From the NCBI GenBank assembly GCA_965207695.1, contig CBDBNA010000011.1, forward strand, positions 4,193-68,192: a DNA stretch of 64,000 nt, written 5' to 3'. Made by a program: the position numbers and the translations under genes. Below the pieces are notes generated by a model. The model searched no databases, was not told the origin of the DNA, and saw nothing but the letters and a program-made list of their open reading frames with translations. The DNA comes from Dehalococcoidia bacterium. GTDB taxonomy: Bacteria; Chloroflexota; Dehalococcoidia; Bin125. Below are positions 37,789 through 46,509 of this stretch, in pieces (position 1 is the first letter of the stretch; each line of letters opens with the position of its first letter).

Positions 37789-39678
37789 ATGGAGAGAGGA
37801 CTGGGGCGGCGGGCCCTGATGCTGGTCGTCCTGGCGGCGGTCGTCGCCCTGGGCGCCTTCCTCGTCGTGCGGCCGGCCGAGGCCGCTGACATCCCGCTGG
37901 CCGCTGACACTAATTCGGTGTCCGCGGCGCCGGGCGACACGGTCCAGATCGCGGTGCTCGGCGCGCTCGCGCAGGTCAGCATCACCGGCACGGGCGACGG
38001 CGTCAGCGCGAGCTTCGCCGCCAACGACGGTCAGTCGATCTCGTGCGCCGACAACACGTCGTGCGACGAGAACGACACCGCCAACGAAATCCAGATCGAC
38101 CTGAATGTCGCCGATGACTCCGCCGAGGGGTACATCCTGCTGAGCGTCGCGGGCGTCGCCGGGACCACCCCGACGGCCCAGGTCACCAAGGTTATCACTG
38201 TCTCCAAGGCGACGCAGTTGGGTTCGCTCGACGTCGCGACGAGCAGCAAGACGATCGCGGCGAACGACGACAACACCACCGCGGACGACGGCGGCCCGAA
38301 CGAGGCGGACATCCTGGCGACGGTCAAGAACGCTTCGTCGCCGGCGGGTGGACTCAACGGCCAGCAGGTGACCTTCATCACCACGCTCGGCACCCTGGCC
38401 TGTCCTGGGTCTTCGGACGCGAACGGTGCCAACACCATTGCGGCGGTGTCTGGGGTGCAGGTCTGCTCGGTCTGGACCACGAACCAGGACAACCCGCTCA
38501 CTGCTGACACCGACGCCGCTGACGGCTTCGCCACAGTCAGGCTGGACGGCGCGAAGCGCGAGGGCGTGGCCACCGTCACGGTCACCACGGGCGGCCTCAC
38601 CGAGCAGCTCGAGGTGACGATGTACGGCACGGCCAAGAACCTGACGGCCGAGCCGCAGCAGGGCTCCATCGAGATCGGCGGCGAAGTGTACGTCGTGCTG
38701 ACCGTCACCGACGACGCCGGCAACCCCGTCGCGGGCCAGGTGGTCGCACCTGTCACGTCGCCGGATAAGGAAGTGGAAGGTCCCACTGACGACGCCGTGC
38801 TCGTCGTGGCCACGAAGGACACGCCGGCGGCGGACTCGACCACCGACAGCGTGGGCGTGGGGTACAGCAAGGACTTCATCCACGCGACGGACGCGTCGCA
38901 GAACCTCCCGGCGTGTGGTAACGACGCTGTCGGCGACTTGGCGGGCCCGTCCACCGAGGTGTTCGCCACCGACGGCACCAACGCCGACGGCAAGTGCGTC
39001 GTCCACGTGACGGCTCCGGACGAGGACGGAACCGATGACGACGCGACGCGCGGCGCGCACACGCTCAACTTCGCGATCGGCACGATCAAGGCTTCGGCCA
39101 CGATCGACGTCGCCGGTTCGCCGAACAGCATCACGACGGATGCTCCGGCGTCGGTTGACCCGGCCAGCGTGACCAAGATCACGGTCTCGGTGTGGGACGA
39201 CACGAACGTGCTCGTCGGCATTACCGAGGTCAAGGTCCGCAAGGTCGACGGCGGCGGTCTGATCGAGGACCAGGGCGACGGCGGCTCAGAGATGACCGTC
39301 GACGGCCAGTCCGCGTTCACCTTCATTGCCCCGTCCGGCGCGGGCACGGCGGAGATCCTGATCACCGCCGGCGATGTCAGCCAGCGCGTGATGCTCACCA
39401 TCGGCGAGCCGGAGGACACCGGCCCGACCGTGATCGAACTGACGGACGGCCCGGCCTCGACGTACGTCGCCTGGAGTGACGACTGGGGCACGGTGTCCTC
39501 GTCGACCTTCGAGAACGTCGCGGGTCTGGTGGTCGTTTGGAAGTGGACCGGCACCATGTGGATCGGCTACACCTCCAGCCCGACCGCTCCGGCCGCGACC
39601 AAGACCAACTTCACCGTGGGCCCCGCCGATGTTCTCTACGTCATCGCCAACGGGGCGGTGACGATCACGATCTACTAG
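37789..39678 (+). CDS. Large secreted Thr/Asp/Ala-rich cell-surface protein with Ig-like (Big-type) repeats and one copy of the recurrent C-terminal domain
   Basis: Signal peptide (LMLVVLAAVVALGAFLVVRPAEA), repeated beta-rich modules (VTVTDDAGNPVAGQVV), and the C-terminal VAWSDDWG...WKW...ADVLYVI module. ATG at 37789. Confidence 0.75.
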   Translation: MERGLGRRALMLVVLAAVVALGAFLVVRPAEAADIPLAADTNSVSAAPGDTVQIAVLGALAQVSITGTGDGVSASFAANDGQSISCADNTSCDENDTANEIQIDLNVADDSAEGYILLSVAGVAGTTPTAQVTKVITVSKATQLGSLDVATSSKTIAANDDNTTADDGGPNEADILATVKNASSPAGGLNGQQVTFITTLGTLACPGSSDANGANTIAAVSGVQVCSVWTTNQDNPLTADTDAADGFATVRLDGAKREGVATVTVTTGGLTEQLEVTMYGTAKNLTAEPQQGSIEIGGEVYVVLTVTDDAGNPVAGQVVAPVTSPDKEVEGPTDDAVLVVATKDTPAADSTTDSVGVGYSKDFIHATDASQNLPACGNDAVGDLAGPSTEVFATDGTNADGKCVVHVTAPDEDGTDDDATRGAHTLNFAIGTIKASATIDVAGSPNSITTDAPASVDPASVTKITVSVWDDTNVLVGITEVKVRKVDGGGLIEDQGDGGSEMTVDGQSAFTFIAPSGAGTAEILITAGDVSQRVMLTIGEPEDTGPTVIELTDGPASTYVAWSDDWGTVSSSTFENVAGLVVVWKWTGTMWIGYTSSPTAPAATKTNFTVGPADVLYVIANGAVTITIY

Positions 39679-39693
39679 GCGAACGGAGCCTCA

Positions 39694-39723
39694 GCGGGGC
39701 GCCTCACCAGGGGGCGCCCCGCT
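39694..39723 (+). terminator. GC-rich hairpin (AGCGGGGCGCC-loop-GGCGCCCCGCT) downstream of the surface-protein gene
   Basis: An 11-bp perfect inverted repeat 16 nt after the stop codon, with no U-tract. Confidence 0.4.
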
Positions 39724-39756
39724 CCTCATCAGGAAGCATCGGAAAGGAAGCCCCAC

Positions 39757-40383
39757 ATGATGAAAGCAAGCTCGAAGTGGCGCTGGCTGGCGGTGATGAG
39801 CGCGGCGGCGTTCGCGCTCGCCATCGCGGCCAGTGCCTTCGCGCAGGCGCCGCCGGCGCCGCCGCACCAGTTCTACGGCAGCGGCGCGACGCTCGACGGC
39901 GAAACGTCCGACGGCACCGTCACGGCGACCAACCAGGACGGCGAGGCCGTCGGTTCGTCCTCGATCGACATGGGCGCATGGGCCATCAACGTCGACGCGG
40001 CCGACGCGGACAGCGTCACGTTCAGCATCGACGGGTCGGACCCGAGTGACTCGTACGATGTCGAGGGTGCCGGCGTGACCGAGGTCAGCCTCGCTCTCAC
40101 GTCCCCCATGGCCGACGAAGACGACATGGGTGACACCGAGGACGACATGCCCGGCGACGACGCCGAAGACATGCCCGGTGACGACATGGGCGACGACATG
40201 CCCGGCGACGACGCCGAAGACATGCCCGCCGACGACATGGGCGACATGCCGGACGGCCTGCCCGACACCGGTAGCGGTGGTCTGGCCGGCGGCAGCAGCC
40301 TGCCCGCCCTCCCGCTGGCTCTCGCGATCAGCATCGCGGTGGCCCTGGGTGGCGTGCTGGCAGTGCGTCGCATCCGCGCCTAA
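39757..40383 (+). CDS. LPXTG-anchored secreted protein with Asp/Met-rich DDMPGDD repeats
   Basis: Signal peptide, then (DDMPGDD / AEDMPGDD) x about 6, then the LPDTG sorting motif, a hydrophobic segment and an RRIRA tail. Confidence 0.8.
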   Translation: MMKASSKWRWLAVMSAAAFALAIAASAFAQAPPAPPHQFYGSGATLDGETSDGTVTATNQDGEAVGSSSIDMGAWAINVDAADADSVTFSIDGSDPSDSYDVEGAGVTEVSLALTSPMADEDDMGDTEDDMPGDDAEDMPGDDMGDDMPGDDAEDMPADDMGDMPDGLPDTGSGGLAGGSSLPALPLALAISIAVALGGVLAVRRIRA

Positions 40384-40503
40384 GGCGTAAGCGGACGCTC
40401 AATCCGAGCGTGCGATCGGGGCGGGGCGGGGCGCGCAAGCGCCTCCCCCGCCTCGATTTATTCGGGGAACCTCACGCCCTGAGGGGCGGTGGGGGCGGGC
40501 CGA

Positions 40504-40944
40504 TCAGACCAGTTCGAGTGTGACTCGGGATTCTCGCGTGGACACGGTCAAACGGAAGTCCTCCAGGACATCACGGCCCAGCAGAGACGGCAGCTGGGCC
40601 TCGGTCGCCGGCTCCGCCAGGAAGAAGCGCACGCCCCGCTTCGCGACCGAACCCACTCGGTCGTCATTGAAGACGATCGCCCCGTCGCGGGTGATGACCC
40701 GCCGGCCCCCGGCCGTCACCCCGCGCACGCTGCGCAGGGAGGGGTCGTTGTCCCAGTCGAGTGCGCTGCCGGGCGGGAGCACCTCGGCCGTGTCACCGGG
40801 GTTGAGCATGGTGCAGTCGGCGCCCGTGTCGATCAGGAACACAACCTCCACAAGACGCCCCGGTGTCAACGTAACCCGGGCGCGGACGGTGGGCATCGGG
40901 GAGACCCGGGGATGATCCGTATCGAACGCCCCCCGGATGGTCAT
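40504..40944 (-). CDS. Retropepsin-like (clan AA) aspartic protease domain protein
   Basis: DTGA active-site motif (LIDTGADCTMLNPGD) in about 146 aa. Confidence 0.65.
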   Translation of the reverse strand: MTIRGAFDTDHPRVSPMPTVRARVTLTPGRLVEVVFLIDTGADCTMLNPGDTAEVLPPGSALDWDNDPSLRSVRGVTAGGRRVITRDGAIVFNDDRVGSVAKRGVRFFLAEPATEAQLPSLLGRDVLEDFRLTVSTRESRVTLELV

Positions 40945-41252
40945 ACGATCATGACCTCTGGCGGCTCCACCAGCAGCTCGTCTACCCCATGCTGGCGCTC
41001 TTCGAACGGAACCGCGGCATTGAGGGCGTCCCGGTCGGGGAAGAACCGCACCGTGGCGCCGCCGTCGGTCACCAGCACGGTCTCGCCGGGATGCTCGCGC
41101 AGGAGGTCCGGGCGCATCGCCTCAAGGGCCTCTGCGTTGGCGAAGAACGCCTGCATCCACTCCTGGAACTCCGCGGATTCTACGTCGCCGACCTGGTACC
41201 ACCCGGTGTCCCCAATCGGGGTCCATCCGTCCCTCGGCACGATGCACTCCAC
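40941..41252 (-). CDS. Small hypothetical protein translationally coupled to the retropepsin-like gene
   Basis: ATGA overlap with the downstream gene. Protein-like composition. Confidence 0.45.
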   Translation of the reverse strand: MECIVPRDGWTPIGDTGWYQVGDVESAEFQEWMQAFFANAEALEAMRPDLLREHPGETVLVTDGGATVRFFPDRDALNAAVPFEERQHGVDELLVEPPEVMIV

Positions 41253-41366
41253 TCACTGCGAGGCGAAGTTGCCTGCGCGGGGATTATACCGGCCGGGGCG
41301 AGGATCGGCGATGCGCCGCCGTGCGGTGCGCGGCGCGCATGAGCGACGCGAACTGGGGCGCAGCCC

Positions 41367-42938
41367 ATGACTCCCCGCCCCCTGGCGACCCTCGTCCTCG
41401 CGTTGCTGGCGCTGCTGCTGGCGTGGTCGCCGGAGGCGGCGCAGGCGGCGCCGCTGCGCATCGACGGGCTCAGCGCGAGCCCCCGCGAGGCCGCCGCCGA
41501 CGGCGGGCGCATCACCATCACCGTCTCCGTCTCCGACGTCGCTCCCGCGGGCGAGTCGATCACCCTGGCCACGACGCGCGGCGCGTTCGGGGCGGCCGCC
41601 GGCCCCACCCGGATCGTGCTGCCCGTCACGCCCAGCAGCGATGGGTCGGCCGTCGTCACGGCGGTCCTCGTCGGCAACGGCAGCGCGGGTCGCGCCACGG
41701 TCACGGCGACGTCGCCCGGCGTCTCGCGCCGCGTCAGCGTGCGCTTCATCGGCGAGCCCGCCTTCCTCACGTTCATCGGCCCGGCGGCCGGCGTGCAGCC
41801 GGCGCAGCAGGCCCGCGACGTGACGGTGGAGGTCTACGACGCGGTCGGCACGCCGGTCCCCGGCGCCGCGATCACGCTCTCGGCCGATCAGGGCCGGCTC
41901 AGCGGCGGCGGCGCGCAGGGGGCGACGATCACCGTGACGAGCGACGCGCGGGGCCGCGCCGCCGCCCAGCTCGATGCGCCGCTGGGGCCGGTGCGCCTGG
42001 AAGCGCGCGCGGGCTTCGCGAGCGCGGCGGTCACGCTGCGGCTCGTCGGGCCGCCGGTCAGCATGGACCTGGCCGCCCTGCGCCCCACCATCAACCTGCA
42101 CGACGATCCCTTCCCGGCGCCGCCGCGCTCGCTGGTGGTCGTCGTGCGCGACGAGATCGGGCAGGCCGTGGCCGGCGTGCCGGTGACGTTCGAGATCGAC
42201 GCCCCGGGCGTGAGCGTCGTGTCGGACGCGGCCGGCGGCTCCTTCCAGACCGACGCGGCCGGGGCGGTGCGCGCCCACCTGTCGTCGGGGGCGGGGTCGG
42301 CGCCGGGGCTGATCACCGTCACGGCGCGCGCGGCGGGGCTGGAGCGCCGCGCCGAGGTCCGCGTCGCGGGCCCGCCCGCCTCGATGATCCTCTTCCTCGG
42401 CGAGCTGGGCGGCGCCGACTTCGCCCTGCGCGCGCTGCTCCGCGACGCCGCCGGGGAGCCCGTGGCGACCGGCTACGAGGTGCAGTGGCGCGCGCTGAAC
42501 GTCCCGGCCGGCGGGACCGTGAGCTTCGCCCCGGCGCAGTCGCTGTCGCGCGGCGGCGCGGCCACCACGGTCGCCACGGTCACGACCGACCCGCCGGCGT
42601 CGGTCACCGTGCAGGCGGTCGTCGTGGGCAGCGATCCGGTGGTCGCGGCCGCCGTGCGGCTGCCCACGCCGCTGCCCGCCAGCGGGACACCGCTGCAGGC
42701 CGGCCTCAACGTGCTCACCTGGGACGGCGCCCACAGCTTCATCAGCGCCGCCGTCGCGCCCATCGCGCGCGTCGTCGCCTCGGTCTGGCGGCTCGACCAG
42801 GGCGCGGGCTGGCAGGGCTACTTCCCCAGCCTGGGCTTCGGGCAGGACTACCTCGTCGCCCCCGGCGACACCCTCTGGATCCGGGTGACGCAGGCCGTCC
42901 TCCTGCCCAACGTCGAAGCGGCCGGCGCGCCCCCCTAA
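41367..42938 (+). CDS. Secreted protein with four bacterial Ig-like (Big/invasin-type) domains and one copy of the recurrent C-terminal domain
   Basis: Signal peptide, four Big-like repeats (ITLSADQGRLSGG..., ITVTARAAG...), and the C-terminal GLNVLTWDG...WRLD...GDTLWIRV module. Confidence 0.75.
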   Translation: MTPRPLATLVLALLALLLAWSPEAAQAAPLRIDGLSASPREAAADGGRITITVSVSDVAPAGESITLATTRGAFGAAAGPTRIVLPVTPSSDGSAVVTAVLVGNGSAGRATVTATSPGVSRRVSVRFIGEPAFLTFIGPAAGVQPAQQARDVTVEVYDAVGTPVPGAAITLSADQGRLSGGGAQGATITVTSDARGRAAAQLDAPLGPVRLEARAGFASAAVTLRLVGPPVSMDLAALRPTINLHDDPFPAPPRSLVVVVRDEIGQAVAGVPVTFEIDAPGVSVVSDAAGGSFQTDAAGAVRAHLSSGAGSAPGLITVTARAAGLERRAEVRVAGPPASMILFLGELGGADFALRALLRDAAGEPVATGYEVQWRALNVPAGGTVSFAPAQSLSRGGAATTVATVTTDPPASVTVQAVVVGSDPVVAAAVRLPTPLPASGTPLQAGLNVLTWDGAHSFISAAVAPIARVVASVWRLDQGAGWQGYFPSLGFGQDYLVAPGDTLWIRVTQAVLLPNVEAAGAPP

Positions 42939-43014
42939 GTCGCGCCCTGGCCGCTAGCCGGGCGCGGGCCTAGAGTGCGCGGGCCGGCCGGGCGGGGCCG
43001 ACGCGAGGACCGCC

Positions 43015-45513
43015 GTGCGCGCTCGTCGTCTGCTTCCCGCCTGGCTCGGGTTCATCGTGCTGGCGGCGCTGCTCGCGGGGCCGATGGGCGCGCCCCCCGC
43101 CGGGGCGCAGACGACGACGCTCGTCGTCACCTCCGCCGCCTCCACCGGCGATGGCCGCTGCGACGCCGACTGCACCCTGCGCGACGCGATCCACGCGGCC
43201 AACGCGGGGTCGGGGCCGGCGCGGATCGTGTTCGCGATCGGCAGCGGCCCCGTCGTCATCCGGCTCGACGCCCCGCTCCCCGCCCTCACGGCCCCCGGCA
43301 CGTCCATCGACGGCCGCACTCAGCCCGGCTACGACGGCGCGCCGCTGATCTACCTCGAGGGCGGCGCCCTGGCCGCGGGCAGCGGCCTCGAGTCGCGGGC
43401 GGCGGACGTGGAGATCCGGGCCCTGGCGGCCGGCGGCTTCGGGCAGTTCGGCTTCCTCGTCATCGGCGAGACCGCGCGCGACAACCGCCTGCTGGGCAAC
43501 TGGGCCGGCCTCAGCCCCGACGGCGCGGCGGCGAATCCCAACGCCCTCAGCGGCATCGCCGTCGTGGGCGGCGCCCGCGGGGCGCACATCGGCGACGCCT
43601 GCGCGGGCTGCGGCAACCGCGTCGCGGGCAACAGCGTCGAGGGCCGCACCGGGCACGGCATCCTCGTCGGCGGGGCCGGCACGCTGGGGGTCCGCGTCCG
43701 GGGCAACGTCGTGGGACTGGGCCCCGGCGGCCGCCCCCTGCCCAACGACGACGGCATCCTGATCGTCGATGGCGCGCATGCGATCGTGGGCGGCGTCGCG
43801 GCCGGGGAGGGCAACGTCGTGGGCGCGTCGCGGGTGGCCGGCGTCGAATTGCGTGAGACGTGGGCGTCGGCGCCGGTCCGGCTGATGGGCAACCGCATCG
43901 GCCTCGACGAGGCCGGCCGTCCCGCCCCCAACGACGTGGGTGTCTTCGTGCACGGCGACTCGGCCGGCATCGACATCGGCGGGCCCTGGCCCGGCGCGGG
44001 CAACGTCATCTCCGCCAACCGGGTGGGCGTCGCGATCGAGAACCGCGCCCACGACGTGCGCGTGCTGGGCAACCGCATCGGCCTGACCCCGGACGGCGGT
44101 CCCGCCCCCAACAGCGAGGATGGCATATCCGTGATCGAGGGAACGCGGGTCGTGCAGGTGGGCGGCGGCGGACCGGGGGAGGGCAATCGCATCGTCGGCG
44201 GGCGCAACGGCGTCGTCATCGCGGAGCTCACCACCCGCGACGTGCGCCTGCTGGGCAACCACCTGGAGGGCAGCGACGTGGGGGTGCGGGTGTCGGACGG
44301 CGCCCGGATCACCATCGGCCGCGCGGGGGAGGGGCGCGGCAACGTCGTCGTGCGCGCGGCGGAGGCCGGCATCCTGCTGGACGGCGTCGCGCAGGTGATC
44401 GTCGAGGGCAACTGGATCGGCCTGACCCGCGACGGTTCGCCCGCGGGCAACGGCGTCGGGCTGCTGCTGCGCGAGCGCGGCGGCGAAGGGGCGCGCGACA
44501 ACGCCGTGCGGGGCAATCGCATCGGCGGCAACGTCGGGGCCGGGATCGTGGTGCTGGGGGAGGGGTCGGTGCGCAACGGCCTGCACGACAACGTGTTCCT
44601 GCCCAACGGGGGGCTGGGCATCGACCTCGGCGGCGACGGCGCCACTCCGAATGATCGCGGCGATCGCGACAACGGCCCCAACCGTCTGCTGAACGCGCCC
44701 GTGATCGACACGGTCGTGCACGACGGCGCGCAGGCCGAGATCAGCGGGCAGGCGGGGCGCCGGCATCGGGTGGCGCTGTACCGCGTGGGCAGCGGCGCCC
44801 TGCCGTCGCTGCTGCCGCACGAGAGCGGCCACGGGCCCGGCGTCGAGTTGCTCACGGTCGTGCGCGCCGGCGCCGACGGCGCCTGGACGGCGCGGCACCC
44901 GATCGCGCCGGGGGCCGTGCTCACGGCGGTCGCGATCGACGGCTTCGGGAACACGTCGGAGTTCGGGCGCAACGTCGTGACGGAGCCGCCGGCGCTGCTG
45001 AGGGCCGGCTTCACCCCGGCGGCGTGGCTCGGGCCCGCGCTGCCGGTCGGAGAGGCGCTCGGGTGGCTGGGGGAGCGATTGCAGGCCGTGTTCCGCTTCG
45101 ACGCCGCGCCGCAGACGTGGTCGAGCTACCGGCCCGGGCTGCCCCGGCTCTCGAACGTGGAGGTGTTGCAGCCGGGCGACGTCCTGTGGCTGCTGCTGGG
45201 TCCCGGCCCCGACGTTCCCTGGGTCCAGCCCGATGCGGCGCCCCCGCACGGCGCGGCCGACCGTGCGCCGGCCCCCGTCCTGTTGGAGCCGGGCCTGAAC
45301 TTCGTCCGCTGGAGCGGGGATCCCATCGGCATGCGGGACGGCCTGGCGTCGATCGCGGACGCACTGGCGACGGCGTTCCGCTGGGATCCGCGCGGGCAAC
45401 GCTTCGAGACGGTGTTCCCGGTCGGGCCGGGCGCGGCGCCCACGACGCTGCAGCGAGGCGATTTCCTGTGGCTGCGAGTCGAGGCGCCCGCCGAATGGCG
45501 TCAGCTGCGTTGA
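43015..45513 (+). CDS. Secreted parallel beta-helix repeat protein with two copies of the recurrent C-terminal domain
   Basis: Signal peptide, then about 10 repeats of LGNRIGL / GNVVGLGPGGRPLPNDDGI (PbH1-type), then two C-terminal modules (WLGPALPVGEALGWLG... and GLNFVRWSGDP...). Confidence 0.75.
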   Translation: MRARRLLPAWLGFIVLAALLAGPMGAPPAGAQTTTLVVTSAASTGDGRCDADCTLRDAIHAANAGSGPARIVFAIGSGPVVIRLDAPLPALTAPGTSIDGRTQPGYDGAPLIYLEGGALAAGSGLESRAADVEIRALAAGGFGQFGFLVIGETARDNRLLGNWAGLSPDGAAANPNALSGIAVVGGARGAHIGDACAGCGNRVAGNSVEGRTGHGILVGGAGTLGVRVRGNVVGLGPGGRPLPNDDGILIVDGAHAIVGGVAAGEGNVVGASRVAGVELRETWASAPVRLMGNRIGLDEAGRPAPNDVGVFVHGDSAGIDIGGPWPGAGNVISANRVGVAIENRAHDVRVLGNRIGLTPDGGPAPNSEDGISVIEGTRVVQVGGGGPGEGNRIVGGRNGVVIAELTTRDVRLLGNHLEGSDVGVRVSDGARITIGRAGEGRGNVVVRAAEAGILLDGVAQVIVEGNWIGLTRDGSPAGNGVGLLLRERGGEGARDNAVRGNRIGGNVGAGIVVLGEGSVRNGLHDNVFLPNGGLGIDLGGDGATPNDRGDRDNGPNRLLNAPVIDTVVHDGAQAEISGQAGRRHRVALYRVGSGALPSLLPHESGHGPGVELLTVVRAGADGAWTARHPIAPGAVLTAVAIDGFGNTSEFGRNVVTEPPALLRAGFTPAAWLGPALPVGEALGWLGERLQAVFRFDAAPQTWSSYRPGLPRLSNVEVLQPGDVLWLLLGPGPDVPWVQPDAAPPHGAADRAPAPVLLEPGLNFVRWSGDPIGMRDGLASIADALATAFRWDPRGQRFETVFPVGPGAAPTTLQRGDFLWLRVEAPAEWRQLR

Positions 45514-45596
45514 CGGCCGCGCGGGCGCGTGGGTAGCCTGATTATCGCCCCGAGGCCATGGGAATCGTGAGATTGCCCCGCAGGCGCGGGGGGCGT

Positions 45597-45674
45597 GGTG
45601 GGCGTCGCCTAGAGGCCTAAGGCGCCAGGTTGTGGCCCTGGTATTCGCGGGTTCGAATCCCGCCGTCCACCCCA
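45597..45674 (+). tRNA. tRNA-His (GTG)
   Basis: Cloverleaf, read from 45597: G-1 paired to C73, acceptor GTGGGCG/CGTCCAC with one G-U pair, anticodon stem CCAGG/CCTGG, loop TTGTGGC, T-arm GCGGG-TTCGAAT-CCCGC, and an encoded CCA. Confidence 0.85.
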
Positions 45675-45739
45675 CACGTACCTTCAGCAGAGCGCACCGA
45701 CCATCCGGCCGGAGCGGCGCGAGTCTGCCGGGAGTTCCC

Positions 45740-46270
45740 ATGCCGCGAGCTTTGCCTATCCGCCGTCGTTGGGCGCCGACCGTGTTCCTGGTCGTGGCGC
45801 TGATCGTCCTGGCGCCGCTGCTGCTGATGGCCGCCGCCTGCGATTCGTCGGACAACTCGGAGCGGCTGGCGGCGCAGCGGCTGTTCCGCAACCTGCTGCT
45901 CGAACAGGACGCCACGGCCGAGGCGGACGTGCGCATCGAGGGCTTCGTCGATGAGTTGCCGCCCGACTTCCCCCTGCCGGAGGACATGACCCTGCTGGGC
46001 TCGGCGTTCACCGACACCGACGAGCGCCGCCGGTTGATCGTGGGCTGGGAATCGAACACCGACGCCGACGCGCTCTTCGAGTTCTACAACGACGCGCTGC
46101 GCGAGGAGCCCTGGTCGATCGAGGCGGATCCGCGCGTGCGCGGGATCGACTTCATCCGCTTCCGCGACGCCGACAACCCCGGCTTCAGCGGGGAGTTGCG
46201 GATCAATCAGGAGGACCGCGCGGTCGTGATCCTGATCGCCGACCTCGACCTGGGGGAGACCGACTCCTAA
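45740..46270 (+). CDS. Lipoprotein (hypothetical)
   Basis: Signal peptide with lipobox LMAAAC. ATG with GGAG 9 nt upstream. Confidence 0.6.
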   Translation: MPRALPIRRRWAPTVFLVVALIVLAPLLLMAAACDSSDNSERLAAQRLFRNLLLEQDATAEADVRIEGFVDELPPDFPLPEDMTLLGSAFTDTDERRRLIVGWESNTDADALFEFYNDALREEPWSIEADPRVRGIDFIRFRDADNPGFSGELRINQEDRAVVILIADLDLGETDS

Positions 46271-46340
46271 CCCGGCCGCGGCGGGCCCCCGGGCGCTACG
46301 ATTGCGAGGACCGGGACGTCACGCCCCGGCACGACGGCAG

Positions 46341-46417
46341 GCGCCCGTAGCTCAGTGGAACAGAGCATCAGACTTCGGATCTGAGGGTCGGGGGTTCGAG
46401 TCCCTCCGGGCGCGCCA
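46341..46417 (+). tRNA. tRNA-Arg (TCG)
   Basis: Acceptor GCGCCCG/CGGGCGC, D-arm GCTC-AGTGGAACA-GAGC, anticodon stem TCAGA/TCTGA with loop CTTCGGA, T-arm GGGGG-TTCGAGT-CCCTC, discriminator G, and an encoded CCA. Confidence 0.85.
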
Positions 46418-46509
46418 GCCCTCCTGCCCGTTGGCGATCCGGGCCGCCGACGCGATAGACTTGCGCCGGACCGGGCACGCCCTCGGGCGAACGATGGGGA
46501 GCGCAGCCG

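Noticed and set aside
42970-46059. 1029-aa minus-strand ORF covering the beta-helix gene, tRNA-His and the lipoprotein
   Set aside because: It is antisense to a gene with clear repeat architecture and runs across a tRNA. Its composition is Arg/Gly/Ala-rich and non-protein-like.
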